The position numbers were made by a program, and so were the translations under genes. A DNA stretch of 62,535 bases, from assembly GCA_025786725.1 (NCBI GenBank), contig JAHLTZ010000070.1:1-62535 (forward strand), read 5' to 3'. The DNA is from Syncephalis fuscata S228 (lineage: Eukaryota; Fungi; Zoopagomycota). Below the pieces are notes generated by a model. That model was not told the origin of the DNA, made no database searches, and saw only the letters and a list, made by a program, of their open reading frames with translations. Numbering within the stretch: position 1 is the first letter of the stretch; each line of letters opens with the position of its first letter. Shown here piece after piece: positions 24,849 through 38,418 of this stretch.

Positions 24849-27239
24849 AACAGTATATTGATCAGTGGATATCGGTTATTGTATACAGATAAATTAAATA
24901 GTAAAACAGTATTAAATGTCGCTATTAATTTCGATATATACAGCCTATATCATTTGTGAATAAGCAATATTTAGTAACAGATCTTGTGCTAATGAAATGT
25001 AGACTTTATTGTTATAGTGATACAGTGATCGTTTGTTGTTTCATTTACTCGATTGTAACAAGAGTGGCAGAAAATGCTGTTCAATGTTAAGGATTGGGTC
25101 TGATATTTTAAATGCACAAGTTTGATATTAAACCATTGATTCGGCCCATGCTTTGTTAATTGTTGAGTGTAAATCAGGCATGAATATACATATAAACTCA
25201 ATTATGTATAGTAAAACAAAGCCATGTTTTATTGCTAAGAACCTGCATAGCTGAATAAGCACAACTAATTGCAGGCTTTTTAACAATAAAGGGGACCATG
25301 AGTTGGAATTTGAATAAATTGGTGCATTGGCTAAAACTCGACACATGGATGGACTAAACGGCAATTGCCAAATGGCCTTGACTTTTACTGGATATTATCA
25401 ATAGTGGATTGGACTAGATCCATACACAATACCAATGTCTTGAAATCACCGGTTATTCTACAATCACAAATGAATACAGCACATGCCATGTAATTGTGTA
25501 TAAAGTAACATTGTGCAACATTACTTACACCCTATTAATGCAGATTATAAACACGCACATTGCATAGCATGTAGTTAGCGTATAGCTAATTAATATAGAC
25601 TATCACTTACGAACTAGTAGCATTATTTGGTAATACAGATAGTATTTAGTTACATGAATAGTCAATTATTTCCATTATAATTTACCTCATACTGGTGTAA
25701 ATACAATATATTGGTATCGTCAGCATAATGGTTTTGCTATTGTCATATGCAGACTTGCTATAGGACGGTCGTCCTGGTTTATTTATTTCAGATTAACAAA
25801 CACGCATCAATTAGTGCCAAGTAGTGACGTATAGTTAAAATTGCCGACTGTTTGCATATGCTTACCATGCTTACCATGTGCATAAAGTGTGCAATAAGTA
25901 CCGGAACGACATTCAATGGCCACGACTTACCTTCTAATGCCAGTAGTGGTTATACGTAATGTTAACAAGTATGCCAGTTTGCAAATTGAAATTACAACAT
26001 ACGAATACGGCCTTGAGCAGGCATAGCATCGACCATGACTGCATTGACCACAAGAGCCACAACGATGGTGCAGACGACGGCAATAGAAGGCTTTATGGTG
26101 ATATTGATGTGTTGGACAAACAAGCAGAATAGCGTGTAGTGTGTGTGTGTTTATTATAGAGCAAATAGCAACAATTATTCGATAGGAAGCCAAGAGCAAT
26201 GTTGATGTTGATATTGCATGAGCTATTTAATAGATGATTATTTCGAAGCTCCAGCATATTGTAGTGTATGACAGTAAAATCCGCAAACCTAGTTTCCCCT
26301 TGCTATCTATACCATTTTATTTTTAGCTTTTTACTTTTTGTAGTTACTATTCTTAAGGCCCATACGTATCAGTGTGCGTTAATAGAAAGAGCGTTTGTTT
26401 TAGCTATGTAATAAACAAAATATGGTTCAGTTTTATTTTAATCTCGCTTTTTATTTGCTTCTTCGCACTAAGTCGACTATTAGTTGAAAACTGGTCTGAC
26501 ACATATAGTTTTACAGTATAAACAATACAACTAATAAACATGCAACGCAATTTTGTTTATTGACTGCTTTACAGAAACAATAAGGATAACCCGCAGCTTT
26601 TGTTGTCGCTTTTACCGATAATACCAATCTAATATTTACATTTATTTCAAGTGTGTAAAACATCAACATAGCAATAGAATTGGTGCACTGAAATTACACT
26701 TTCTTACATATATTTAATGTTGTTCATAAGCTATTTGCAATTTTGAACTATGAAATATGTCGATTAATTTACACATGTCTTTATTATAGCATTGCGGCTT
26801 GGCTACAGGAATAAATAATTTGCTTTGGCACTGTGTTGCCATATATCGATACAGGCCCTATTACCAGCAATCAATGCCTATTATTAATTACTCACCATTG
26901 CACTGCAATATTTCTAATAATCAAGAATTGAACTCAACTATTGGCACTATTAATTGTTTGCTCATAAACTAACGTGAACGCGCTAGACTGTATCTGCAAG
27001 ATTGAATACTCAATAGCAATGCACTATATATCAAACAGTAATGATTATGGTATCTCAATGACTAGGCTAACAATAACTTGATAAAATAGCATATTAGGAT
27101 TATGATGGTTTATTATAAATACCCGCACTAAGCTTGTCAGTAATCCATAGTAGATTACACTAAGGCAAGACCATAGAATTGGGACTAGTAGCAATATGAA
27201 ATTTCATTTATATTCTTACTAATTTGAAAAGCAATAATA
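24849..27239 (-). repeat. Right copy of the inverted duplication; carries an extra ~235 bp (26945-27177)
   Basis: Reverse complement of 12528-14682 apart from a few substitutions/indels and the extra segment. Confidence 0.95.
25453..26096 (-). pseudogene. Microexon secreted-peptide gene, degenerate copy B (duplicate of copy A)
   Basis: Same ATA start (26096-26094), exon 1, microexons and AATAA terminal exon (25457-25453) as copy A. Confidence 0.7.
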
Positions 27240-27695
27240 TATGTAGTAGATTCATCTTTAATAATTTGCTATTATCATTGTATACAATAAGTATGTATAA
27301 AATATACGTTTAATAAATATTAGGTATATGATTTTATATGACTATTCAGATCTAGTGTAATATGGCATTGTTTGCTAAAACAATAGCTGTGTACAATACA
27401 GCAACGTGATGCTAATATCAATAGGAATATACATTATATATACAGTATAATGAGAATGATATATCAAATCCTTTTATCTTTTGCTACCCGCACTATAAAA
27501 AATAAATTCATGGCGTTATCGCTTTGCATATTCATATATTCTATGGCCGACTATTAGAAGCATTGTGGTGTGATATAAACTCCATTTGAATTAACTCGAA
27601 CCGGCACAAACAAAAGCCAGACATCAAGGTAGCAAAAAATTAATGTTTTATATAATTTAAAAACTGAAAATGGTTTCATTGTAAGCCTGACATTT

Positions 27696-27710
27696 AGAAC
27701 ATTCTAGCAA
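27696..27710 (+). promoter_or_regulatory. Putative heat-shock element upstream of SIS1
   Basis: aGAAc aTTCt aGcAa: two perfect and one imperfect inverted nGAAn units, ~250 bp before an Hsp40 start codon. Confidence 0.5.
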
Positions 27711-27948
27711 AATCTAGTAAAAAGTGGATGACGACACAAAAAACTTATACTTTTTAACTTGTATCTAGTCTACACGTACACAGCTATCTCTACAGTATTT
27801 CACCTTGTCGTTTCTATTTCTACGTTACGTTAACTCATTGTTCTCCACAAACCGTAGCTTATAGTTAGTGTGTGTATACCTGTTTATTTAGTTATTCTAT
27901 TACACTTTTATTCATCTTATTCTTTATTACACAACAAGATTAAATATC

Positions 27949-29033
27949 ATGGCTCAAGACTACTATAGCATCCTTGGTGTTGCCAAAGATGCCGATGATG
28001 ATACAATTAAAAAGGCTTATCGCAAACAAGGTAAGACTAGCTTTATAGAGTTGTAGCAAAGTACGATTTACTAATACAATGATTCTTAGCGTTAAAATGG
28101 CATCCAGATAAAAATACTGATAAACATGACGAAGCCAGTACTAAATTCAAAGAAATATCTGAAGCCTACGAGGTGCTTAGCGATAAAGATAAACGCGCCA
28201 TTTATGATAAATATGGCGAAGAAGGACTTAAGACCGGTGGTCCATCGCCTGGCGGTGCCAATGGATTTCCAGGTGGCTTTCCTGGCGGCTTTCCTGGCGG
28301 TGGTAGCCATACCTTTACATTTACATCAGGTGGTCCTGGTGGCGGCGCTGGCTTTAAACCTTTCCATCCTAGCGATCCAGAGGATATCTTTTCACAGTTC
28401 TTTGGCGCTGGTATGGGAGGCGGCATGAACGGTATGGGAGGTATGGGAGGTATGGGCGGTATGGGAGGCATGGGAGGCATGGGCGGTATGGGCGGCCGAT
28501 CGCAGCCAGTACCTACTACGCAATACAAGCTATCCTGCTCGCTCGAAGATCTCTACCAAGGTGTAACAAAACGACTTAAGGTGACGCGTCGACGTAGTGG
28601 AAATGGCGCAAATGAAAAGATCCTTACCGTTGAAGTAAAGCCAGGTTGGAAGGCAGGCACAAAGCTTACTTATGCCGGTGAAGGCGACGAAATGCCAGAC
28701 GGCCGTGCCAAGAATATAGAAATTGTAATCGAGGAGCAGCAGCATAGTACATTCCGTCGAGATGCTAGCAATCTTCACTTGGACGTGAATCTTTCGCTGG
28801 TTGAGGCATTGACCGGTTATGAACGTACTATAAAAACACTCGATGGCCGTAATCTACGAATAGCCGATAAAAAGGTTACGCGGCCCAACCAAGAGGCACG
28901 ATTTCCACGCGAAGGCATGCCAATTACGAAGCAGCCTGGCGTGAAAGGCGATCTTATTGTGCATTTTAACGTGGAATTCCCGCGCTCACTTACAGAAGAG
29001 CAGAAAGAAGCGGTTCGAGCGGCATTGGAATAA
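27949..29033 (+). CDS. SIS1: Class B Hsp40/DnaJ co-chaperone (Sis1); intron 28031-28089
   Basis: [19 protein letters not shown]|[10 protein letters not shown]-domain, G/F and GGM repeats, [10 protein letters not shown]-terminal domain, no zinc finger. Confidence 0.93.
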
Positions 29034-29350
29034 TCGCCATAGTATTATTTTGAATTTACTACATTTTAAAAAATAAATGCATCATGTATCTATCAATAGT
29101 AATGAGTATTAATTAATTAATTAATTAAAAGATAAATTCATTTAGGTAACAATAATAAACGTTGCTTTTACATAGAAAAGCCACCAGTGTTGCTAATCAT
29201 TTCATCTTTATTTTAACCAGCCTTTTTTCTGTCATCGGTCGACGAGTGGCCTGAACAACGAGCAAGCCGTTCTTACTAGCCATAGTAACGGTTTCTATTT
29301 GATTATTCACTAATTAAGCTATCGGTTGTTTTACGCGAAATTCAGCAGCA

Positions 29351-30365
29351 ATGGTTGTAACACGGCGCGGCACTGATACGGAACAAGCGTCGCCGAACAC
29401 GTCTGCCGATGAATACTCGGCCACAGACTATGGAGAAACGACAACGACATCCAACAGTAATAATAACAATAGTAACAGCTCTAACAATAACACGGTGGAT
29501 ACGCAAAGAACAAGCAATGACACGCTAGGTACTCAATCGTCATCACCAGTACCACTGGCAATGCCTACGCCGTTGGCCTTACCTTCCGCAACATCGCCTG
29601 TATTTGCCGCAACACCTGAACGTATTGCTGCCGAAAGTGTTGTAGCCGATAGTGAAGATGAAGAGGATGAAGTTAATGCTAGGATTGAAGAAAACCTTAC
29701 ACATCCTGAGATGGAAAACCGACAGTTTCGCGATTTGCTTGTATTTGAAGAGCGACTGCGACAAAATGCCACCCGTCTACGCGGTGAACAACAGCGTTCT
29801 GAAAGTTAGTTGATTATTTAAATGGCTACTATGAATTGCACCCATTTAACACTTACTGTATTGTATGGTAATTATTTAGTGCTTCTTGGTGGTCTTGTGC
29901 TAATCAGTGCTATACTTGGCTGGTTTGCCATGATTCGGCCGAGTGAGGTGAGTGTATTAAACTGCAATGTATTATTTGATATAGTAACTAAATATGAATT
30001 AGAATGCATTTATACGTATATTTGTCAAGTGTTTATTGTTGGCCAGTATTATCAGTATGCTTGTATTATGCTATTCCGAGTCAATGACCCAAGCATCAAG
30101 GTAAACTGTCAAATTAATTAAAGTCAATCATAACATTGTAATACATAGATTTTTACCACAGTGTAATCGGGCACTTGTAAGTATTAACCTTCAATTAGGA
30201 GCACATGGTCTACAGTTTCATCGGTCAGTACCCCGGCGATTACGGGAAGGCTACGCGGCATTTCGCGATGCATATCATCAACGCCGGCGAGTGCCTACAC
30301 GCAGTTCGATGACAACCAATACTACAGTTGGGAATACGACGCCCCGAAGACGTAATCGTGCCTGA
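29351..30365 (+). CDS. SPO7: Spo7-like regulatory subunit of the Nem1-Spo7 phosphatase, multi-exon
   Basis: FRDLLVFEERLRQN followed by two hydrophobic segments and FLPQCNRAL. TGA stop at 30363-65. Confidence 0.7.
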
Positions 30366-31272
30366 TAATTACGCTCTGACGTCCTCATATTGTTGTTTTG
30401 TCAGTATGTATAAAATAAAATAACATTTCTTACAAAAATATAAAATATTTAATTTTACAAATATAATCATCATAAGACAGAGGAAAACGAGTACAATATG
30501 AAGCAAAGTGGGTAAATGTGAATAACTAATAGCATTAAAATAAATAAATGACGTGAAAATAGTTAATAGAGTATGAAATAATATAGGCCAAAACGAATAG
30601 ACAAAAGAAATTGCATGAATAATAATAATCATAATCATAAAGCTATAATGTATCTAGTTCAATAAGTGAATTAAGCTAAATGAATCAGTTTATAACAAAT
30701 AATATTGAAGACAAACATATGCCAACTTTGAATAGAGTACAGGTAGTAAATGCTAAAGCGGCATATAATAGAATGAATATACAAAGGAAGGAACAGAATG
30801 AAGATGAAATTGAAGAAATAAAAATACTATATAAATAGACCAGTCATTACCAAGATCCTTGTTTGTTATGAGCCAGTGGTGTTTGTATGGTAACAATTAC
30901 TGGTTAAGTACAATGATTGTATAAAAATGCTTTAGTAATATGTAAAGAACATTGCTATTATTTTATTAATCATACAATTAAAGATAAACAAAATATACAT
31001 TATAAATATAATGATTATATATGTTTATTAGTTATATTATTAGAGCAGCAATCCCCTTAAACATTAAAGCCATTGTAGTGGATGATTGATGAATTAATTT
31101 ACAATTACATTACCACCAGTGTTTACCAAATAAAACCAAAAAGCGCATCGAATCAAGTGCACAATCCACATTGAGTCAAATCTTTGACAACAGTCATACC
31201 ACAGCTTAATCGTTGATATTAATTAACGTTTGTTTACCTCGTCATCACCTGTTATATTCAAGTATTGTGGCT

Positions 31273-34200
31273 ATGTTTGGGTTTTTGAAAAGTAATACTT
31301 CTTCGCAAAAGGGCGAAAATAGCGCAACAGCTGTATTGTCACCGTCGTCGTCATCTCGAGGACGTACTAATAATGCACGACAGCAACAAGCTTCGCTATC
31401 TCCTGAGGCATTACTGGCTGATTTAAACGTTGATTTCTCGCTAGATACTAACGTTAGCGACCACGATCTTGACGATGTGGATGACGCCGACCTTGACGAT
31501 CCAGAATTGTTGGTATGTAAATGACAAGTTGTTTATCGTATTAAATATTTACAAAATGTCAATATCTCTTTTTCTATTCAATAGGCTCAACTAGCGGCAT
31601 TATCCGTTGATACTAGTAAACCGACCCGACAAGCTAAGCCACAAGCACAGAAAGCAACTGCTAAATCTGCCAACATTGATTGGAATGTATTGGATGATAT
31701 TCATAAAACGGCAATTACGACAGCCGACGACGACGATGAAGACGTAGAAATTACAGAAGAGGATATGCAAGATCCACATCTTTTAGTAAGTATAATGTCA
31801 GAGCTATCGATATTGATTACTTATACGATGAATGCTTACTTTATTAATAATCTTTTAGGCTGAACTACAAAACTTAACGCAATCTAGTCATGTTGAATCC
31901 ACTACAGCTACATCGACAAATAGCCAAACCAATCAAAAGCAAATATACACATCAGATAATGCATTTACCAGTACTACATCTAGTGTGCATATTGAGTCAG
32001 AGACTGCTACTGCAACATTAGCAATGGCATCGGATAGACCAGATCCACCAAACGATATAATAGTTAAGGATACGTCGGAAGATGTCGCACCAATTGAATT
32101 CGATCCAATGGCCGACCAACTTGATATACTTGATGAAATTGAAGTAGAAACCGATCGTTTACGTTCAAATCGATCATATGATATTGTTAGCCAAGGACTG
32201 GATCGAATGAAACAAAAGATTGATGCTGCACGTCGAATCAATAATTCAGTAATTGAAGATGCAGCACAAGACGCAGTTAAGCGTATAGAAACGTACTTGG
32301 CGACACTGCCTAAAAGTAAACTCTCTGGCTCATCTACCAGTATAGTTAATACAACATCTACAAGTGAAAAAATCATAACAGTCGATACTATAGTACAAAA
32401 AGAGGCAACATCTACATCGGTGTCCGAAAATACCGATATTCGTGCAATTATTGAACAGGAACTGGCAACTCATTTGAATAATTGCAATATTACAGAAATT
32501 GAACAAGCTATCCGTCAATATAAAATACAAGCTGTACAAGCTAAAAGATCCGATCAATCGGATGTAGCAATGTTATATCTACGTGCCTCTAAACAACTTA
32601 CAGCTCATATGACATCTTGTACAAATACAACCTCAAATGAAACTGTTGTTAATAATACCGAATCCGCCTTGATTACAACTACAGATCGACCGGTACTTGA
32701 TGGTGAACTATTGAATGTACGGCTACAGGCCTACAAAGTAGCCGCCCTAGAGTCAAAACGTGCAGGTAATATGACACAGGCACGAGAATGCTTAATGGTT
32801 GTCAAACAATTACAATCTATTGCTGAACAACATACATCTGGTATTGAAGTAACCGATTTTATTATGCCACCACCACCATCACCTTCAGTAACAGCAACAA
32901 ATGCGACTGAAACTATAAATACACCAACGGTGTCAACAACAAGCCATAAAACCATAGAAACTAGTGCACATTCCACAAGTAAATCAGTACATACCACACT
33001 ACCTGGTATACCATCGACCGATATTACGACACCATCTAGTTTGAACCAAATTAGTGTAAGTATTATTACACTAGTCTACTATTCTAATTAACAATATATA
33101 ATACATGTAGACACTAAGCTATGATCAAATAGAAAAACGCCTTGCAGATCAAATACAACTGGCTACAACCGTTGCTGCCTATGCTTATCGACGTGGCGAT
33201 AAAGAAACAGCGCTTCAATTTCATAAGATTAAGAAAAACTTGGTTGCCGACACAGAATCAATTGTTTCTTTACGAGCACATAATCAACCGCTGCCACTTA
33301 TTACTTACCAGGAAATGGCATATACACTAGAGACGTGTAATGATGATTTGGACTCTAATGAACTTGAATTGGTGCTGCATAAAGCCTGGAATTTACATGG
33401 TGCCCGTGAAGCAACATCCGGCCCAATGGATGTATTTGTCCAATGGGATAGTGGACTTGATAGCGGTAAAGGAACATCGCCCACCGTAACAAAACAACGT
33501 GAACCAGGTAACTTAGAATTAAAAGACTAAACTGCAATTATTGATAGACTATGTGTAGTATTTGATTATCAAGCAAAGCAAACAATCCAGCGTAATCGAG
33601 TATTACAGCGACACTTTGAAAGAAAGAAAATAACGTTTGATGTCATGTCATATCGAGGATTTCTACGTGGTTCTGCGTGTATTGGACGAGCCACACTAAA
33701 GCTTGATGGTCTTTTAAAATGCTCTACTGTCGAGGAAGTCATTCCGGTAACTATTAATTAATATTATCCATAACTATTGATTAACAAAATATCAAAATAG
33801 TTATATGAACCAAATAGTCGACGAGAGACAGGTGGTCAACTACAAGTGTCATTACGTCTAAGAACACCATTACTAGGTGCACAGATTGTTAAATACGATG
33901 AAAGATGGCTATTTCTAAGTCATATTCGTGATACTGGATCTACAACAGCTACAGTTACTAATACTACAACCAATATTACTAACAATAGTATTAGTAGTAG
34001 CAATAATAGTAATGCAGCCACTATTAAAGTAGTTTCACATTCAAACACTTTGAATACTACTAACAACACTGCACCATCATCTATCAAAGCCATTACAAAT
34101 CCATCCAATTCTACTCCCATAACCAATGTACCAACAACAACAACAAACCAAGATGATGCATTAGAAACATTACTAACAGAATTTGATAGTGTAGAGAATA

Positions 34201-34520
34201 TAAAGTCAAATATGGTATTGGAGGCAGAACAAGAACGAATTCAAACATTGCTACAATCCAAACCATTTAATAGCGATGAATTACGTGATCGATTACAAGC
34301 AGTTCAGATCAAATTAAACATGTTAGTATTACAAGTACAAACAGGTGCTTTAACTCTACCGACATATATCCAAAGTGTACGCCAATGTGCAGATCAAACA
34401 AAACAGCAAGCAATTTTGTTTAAACGATCTAACCGAATGGACAAAGCTCGTGAAGCATTAAATCGCTTAAAGATTATGCAACAAGAAATAGCAGAAGTTG
34501 AACAGGCCGGTCTAGTTTAA
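31273..34520 (+). CDS. CC2D1/Lgd-like protein with DM14 repeats and a C2 domain, multi-exon
   Basis: DM14-like YKIQAVQAKRSDQSDVAMLYLRASKQL and YKVAALESKRAGNMTQARECLMVVKQL. C2-like ELELVLHKAWNL...RGFLRGSACIGRATLKL...RRETGGQLQVSLRLRTPL. Confidence 0.8.
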
Positions 34521-34806
34521 TATTTGAATAATTATTCATTGATGGTCAATGGATTATTTTCATTATTTGATTTATATTGAATCAGTAGATTGTTATTATT
34601 GTTATATTTATTCTTTTATTTATTAATTAATATTGATATGCATCAACTACACTTTGTAAACATGCAAGTAGTAATTACTACAACATTAGATAATGTCTTT
34701 ATTGTATGAAAAAGATCGGAACAGGACCTTAATTAGTTGTATGACATGGCCGGCACTATCTGACCATAAAGAGGGTCACGATAAGTAATGTGTTTTATAA
34801 CAGTAA

Positions 34807-35503
34807 CTACTTTAACAAAGAACTGGCCAGTCTTTCTTTTGCCGTTTGGTATGCTTGTAATAGTGTCTGCTCTGTCAATGCAACTTCGATATTATCCATA
34901 CCACGTTTTGTAACACGCGATACAATAAGTTCTTCATCGACTTCTAGAATAATTCTATTAAATAAATAGCTGGTTAGAACATTATTATAGTATATTATTT
35001 GTCGTTGCTAACCCATCGTCAATGCATTCATCCAATGCTAGTACAACCATATCGTAATAGCTTTGAATTGATCGCTTATCCATTTGATGTCTAATATTAT
35101 AGTATATGAATAGTCGTTATGGCTGTTTACATATTGTAGTTTACCTTAACAAGCTATCTAGTGCATCGACATATGCATTCAATGTGGTCGATAATATTAA
35201 TTCGTTTTCATCAGCTGAACCGACCAAATACACATAGACATCGACAACGCTGCGATAACATACAACATGACCGTCAAGAAGAGTGATTTCCGCTATTTAA
35301 TAGTTATTAGTACCAATATTGTACTATTATCAATACCTACCGTTGGTGCGTCGTGTCTTGTCAAATAGCGACTTTTCAAAGGCCCGCTGATCTTTAACGG
35401 CAGCGAATTCCGAAGCGTGCGGGTAATACTTGGCCATCAAACGATTACCCTCGGCATCGAGAATCAAGACAGCTTTGACCGAGTAAAGCGATAGATTGGA
35501 CAT
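34807..35503 (-). CDS. RET3: Coatomer subunit zeta
   Basis: [61 protein letters not shown]|IILE. TAG stop at 34809-07. Confidence 0.93.
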
Positions 35504-35822
35504 GGCGGCTAAAGAATATATATATATATGTATGTATGTATATATATATAGGTGCCTATAAGTAGTAGAACAGTAAGAGTGATGAGAACACGCTTAGTGC
35601 CAGTCTATTTTGCCACGTCAATGACAAGTGGAAAGGAGTCGAGTGGATATGGATCGCATTGAATCTGGATCGATGGTTTGTTTAGGCCGTTGCCAAACTA
35701 GGAATAAATAATAAAAGCAAATATCCCTGTTTCTCACCTACATATAAACAGCACCTTCTGACCATACTCGATAGCATTGTTGGCATTGTATTTTGTTTAG
35801 CATAAATTATATAGCATTCAGC

Positions 35823-38101
35823 ATGAGCGACCCTAACGTTGCCAGTGATCAGCGTAAGTAATAGGTCTGGTTATCTTTTTTGTAGCAAGCTTATTTACTA
35901 TGATATATCCATTGTTAAAAGATATTCTACAAACTTCGCCCACCGTCTCTTCAGAGGTGTCAGATACACCGGGCACGCTTGAAACGACATCGACTATAAG
36001 TCCTAGTATGAAAAAACGCTTTCGAAGTGCAGCTCGACGCGTAATACACGCGCAAACATTAGCAAGACAAGCAAGTAAGTGGTAGTTGTTGTTAGTATTG
36101 ATTGGCAAATAGCTAATAGCACTATCTATCCATCTATCCATCTATGTAATGCTATTTAGGATATGCTTGGAAGTGGCAACCAGGCTCAGATCCTGGCGTT
36201 GATGTACGCCGATTTGAGGCAGAAGTCCAAGAAAATAGCTTGGTAAGTAATTTCAAAGGCCCATACTTTTCATTTGCCTTTTTTTCCACGACTAACAAAT
36301 GGCGCATTGATTCATCTGTGGATAGGCTAATTGTAAAATTACTGTAGTGGATTACAGTAAAGGTTAGTAATTATTATAGTAAAGTATAATGACAAATATA
36401 GTAATTGGCAATTAGATAAACTTGAAGTAAGCCCAACATTAAACAATGATACCTTTGAAGCATTTCTGCAAAAGCCAGTAAGTAGTACATAAAGTACGCT
36501 TATAGTAATTAATAACCACAATAAAATATAGCGTGCTGATTGGAGCAAAGTCAGGTGGATTAACGTTGAGGGCTTGTCCTTTGATGTTATTCGTACATTT
36601 GCCTTGGAATTTGGTAAGTAATTTGCTATTAAATATCAATTATTAATCATTATATTAATCAAATCATATAGATCTGCATCCATTGGCTGTAGAAGATATT
36701 TTGCATATACCACAACGTAATTATTAAACATAGTTTATTACTATTATCATCTCACAATATAATCATTACGATGAACTTACAGGTACCAAGGTGGATCGAT
36801 ATGCTTCTTCATTATACATATCTATTATTCTTCATGCTATATGTCCACAAGATGAATTAAAAAATATGGAAAATCACGCAGCTTTCTTAATGAGCACTCA
36901 TTTGGAGACAGAAATCGCTTCGAATAGTTGCTCCAAAGGAATTTGAAGTAACCGTCGAACAAGCCAGTCTATTTCTATTACCCGACTGTAAGTTGTATTA
37001 CTATCATTATTATTATACTAAATCTTGTCTATTTCAGCACTGTACTTACTTTCTTCCAGCACGAAGGTGAACTAGTTTGTCAGCCTATTTTTAAACGGAT
37101 TCAAGGAGAAGGAACTATTCTACGTAGCTCAGAAGATGCTAGTCTACTCGTTCAGGCAGTGCTGGATGCGGCTGTTGATCATGGCAAGTGTATAAACAGC
37201 CATTAAACATATTTATTTACACTTGTACCTATAGCACTTATTGTAGTCAATGCTTATCGTGACGAGCTATTGGCACTAGAAACAAACGTCATTCGCCGTC
37301 CACGGGCTAGATTAGCCAAAGGTAATTAAATAGCACTACTCTATGTATTACTTTTAATAATATAATGATTTTATTGTTTTATTTATAGATCTGCATTTAT
37401 TAACTGGAGAATTAAATCAATTCAAGCGCACTTTTATGCCCACACTAGCATTAATACGTAATTTACGTGAAAATGCAGCATTAACAACTGAAAAGTGGCA
37501 AATATCCAATTTGGCCCGTATTTATTTAAATGATGTCCTGGTAGGTTATATGCTTATTAAACACCAATAATAAACCAATATATCCTATTACACTACAGGA
37601 TCATTGTACAGTTATTAATGACGATTTAACAAATCTTATTTCAATGGCTGACAGTCTAATTAACTTGGTAATTTATTTAAATAATACAACATGATAGATA
37701 TCTAATATAGCCAATTAATAGATATTTAATCTAGTTGCTTCACAGACAAATGACATTATGTTTGTACTTTCCTTGGTCAGCTGTGTCTTCTTGCCTGTCA
37801 CATTTATTGCAGGAGGTAAGTATTACATTAAATAGACACTGATAGTATTTAATCAATATATATATATATATGCGCCTATATATAATGCATACGCTGTTTA
37901 ATAGTATATGGCACAAACTTTGAAGTGTTTCCAGAACTTAAATACAGCGATGGTATCTTATACTTTTGGAAGCTATGCGGTATCGTCACCGCACTAGTTG
38001 TTGTTATATTTGCCTTTGGATTCTATATGGTGAATCGACAAACGCATCGATACCGACCAGGCACGGAAATGGCCCGTCAATTACAAAACCATCGACGTTA
38101 A
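35823..38101 (+). CDS. CorA-family divalent cation transporter, many exons, one apparent frameshift ~36860-36940
   Basis: VRWINVEGL, LHPLAVEDI, QRTKVDRY, EQASLFL, LLVQAVLDAAVD, YLNDVL|DH, TNDIMFVLSLVSCVFLPVTFIAG|VYGTNFEVFPELKY. GC donor at 37184. Confidence 0.85.
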
Positions 38102-38418
38102 TAGTTATTATTATAAACAATGTTTATTAAATAAAGTGAAAAATTAAGTTTTTTTAATTAATCAGGATTAATGATTGATGTGTTCAATGATTTACACTCT
38201 AATAGCTTTCTATTTTTTTCGATCTGATTAGGTACATTACTCAGTATCGTTATTATAAACACAGCGACAAAGGGTCGGCGCCTTTATTGCGACAGCTTTG
38301 TTAGGTTCTATTTACAGTAGGTAGATTATAGCCAATAATATATGCAGTGCATCTAATTGAATCGCATCTTGTAATTGCCACGCATACGCAAGCACGCGTG
38401 CATACCTGCGTTTAAGCC

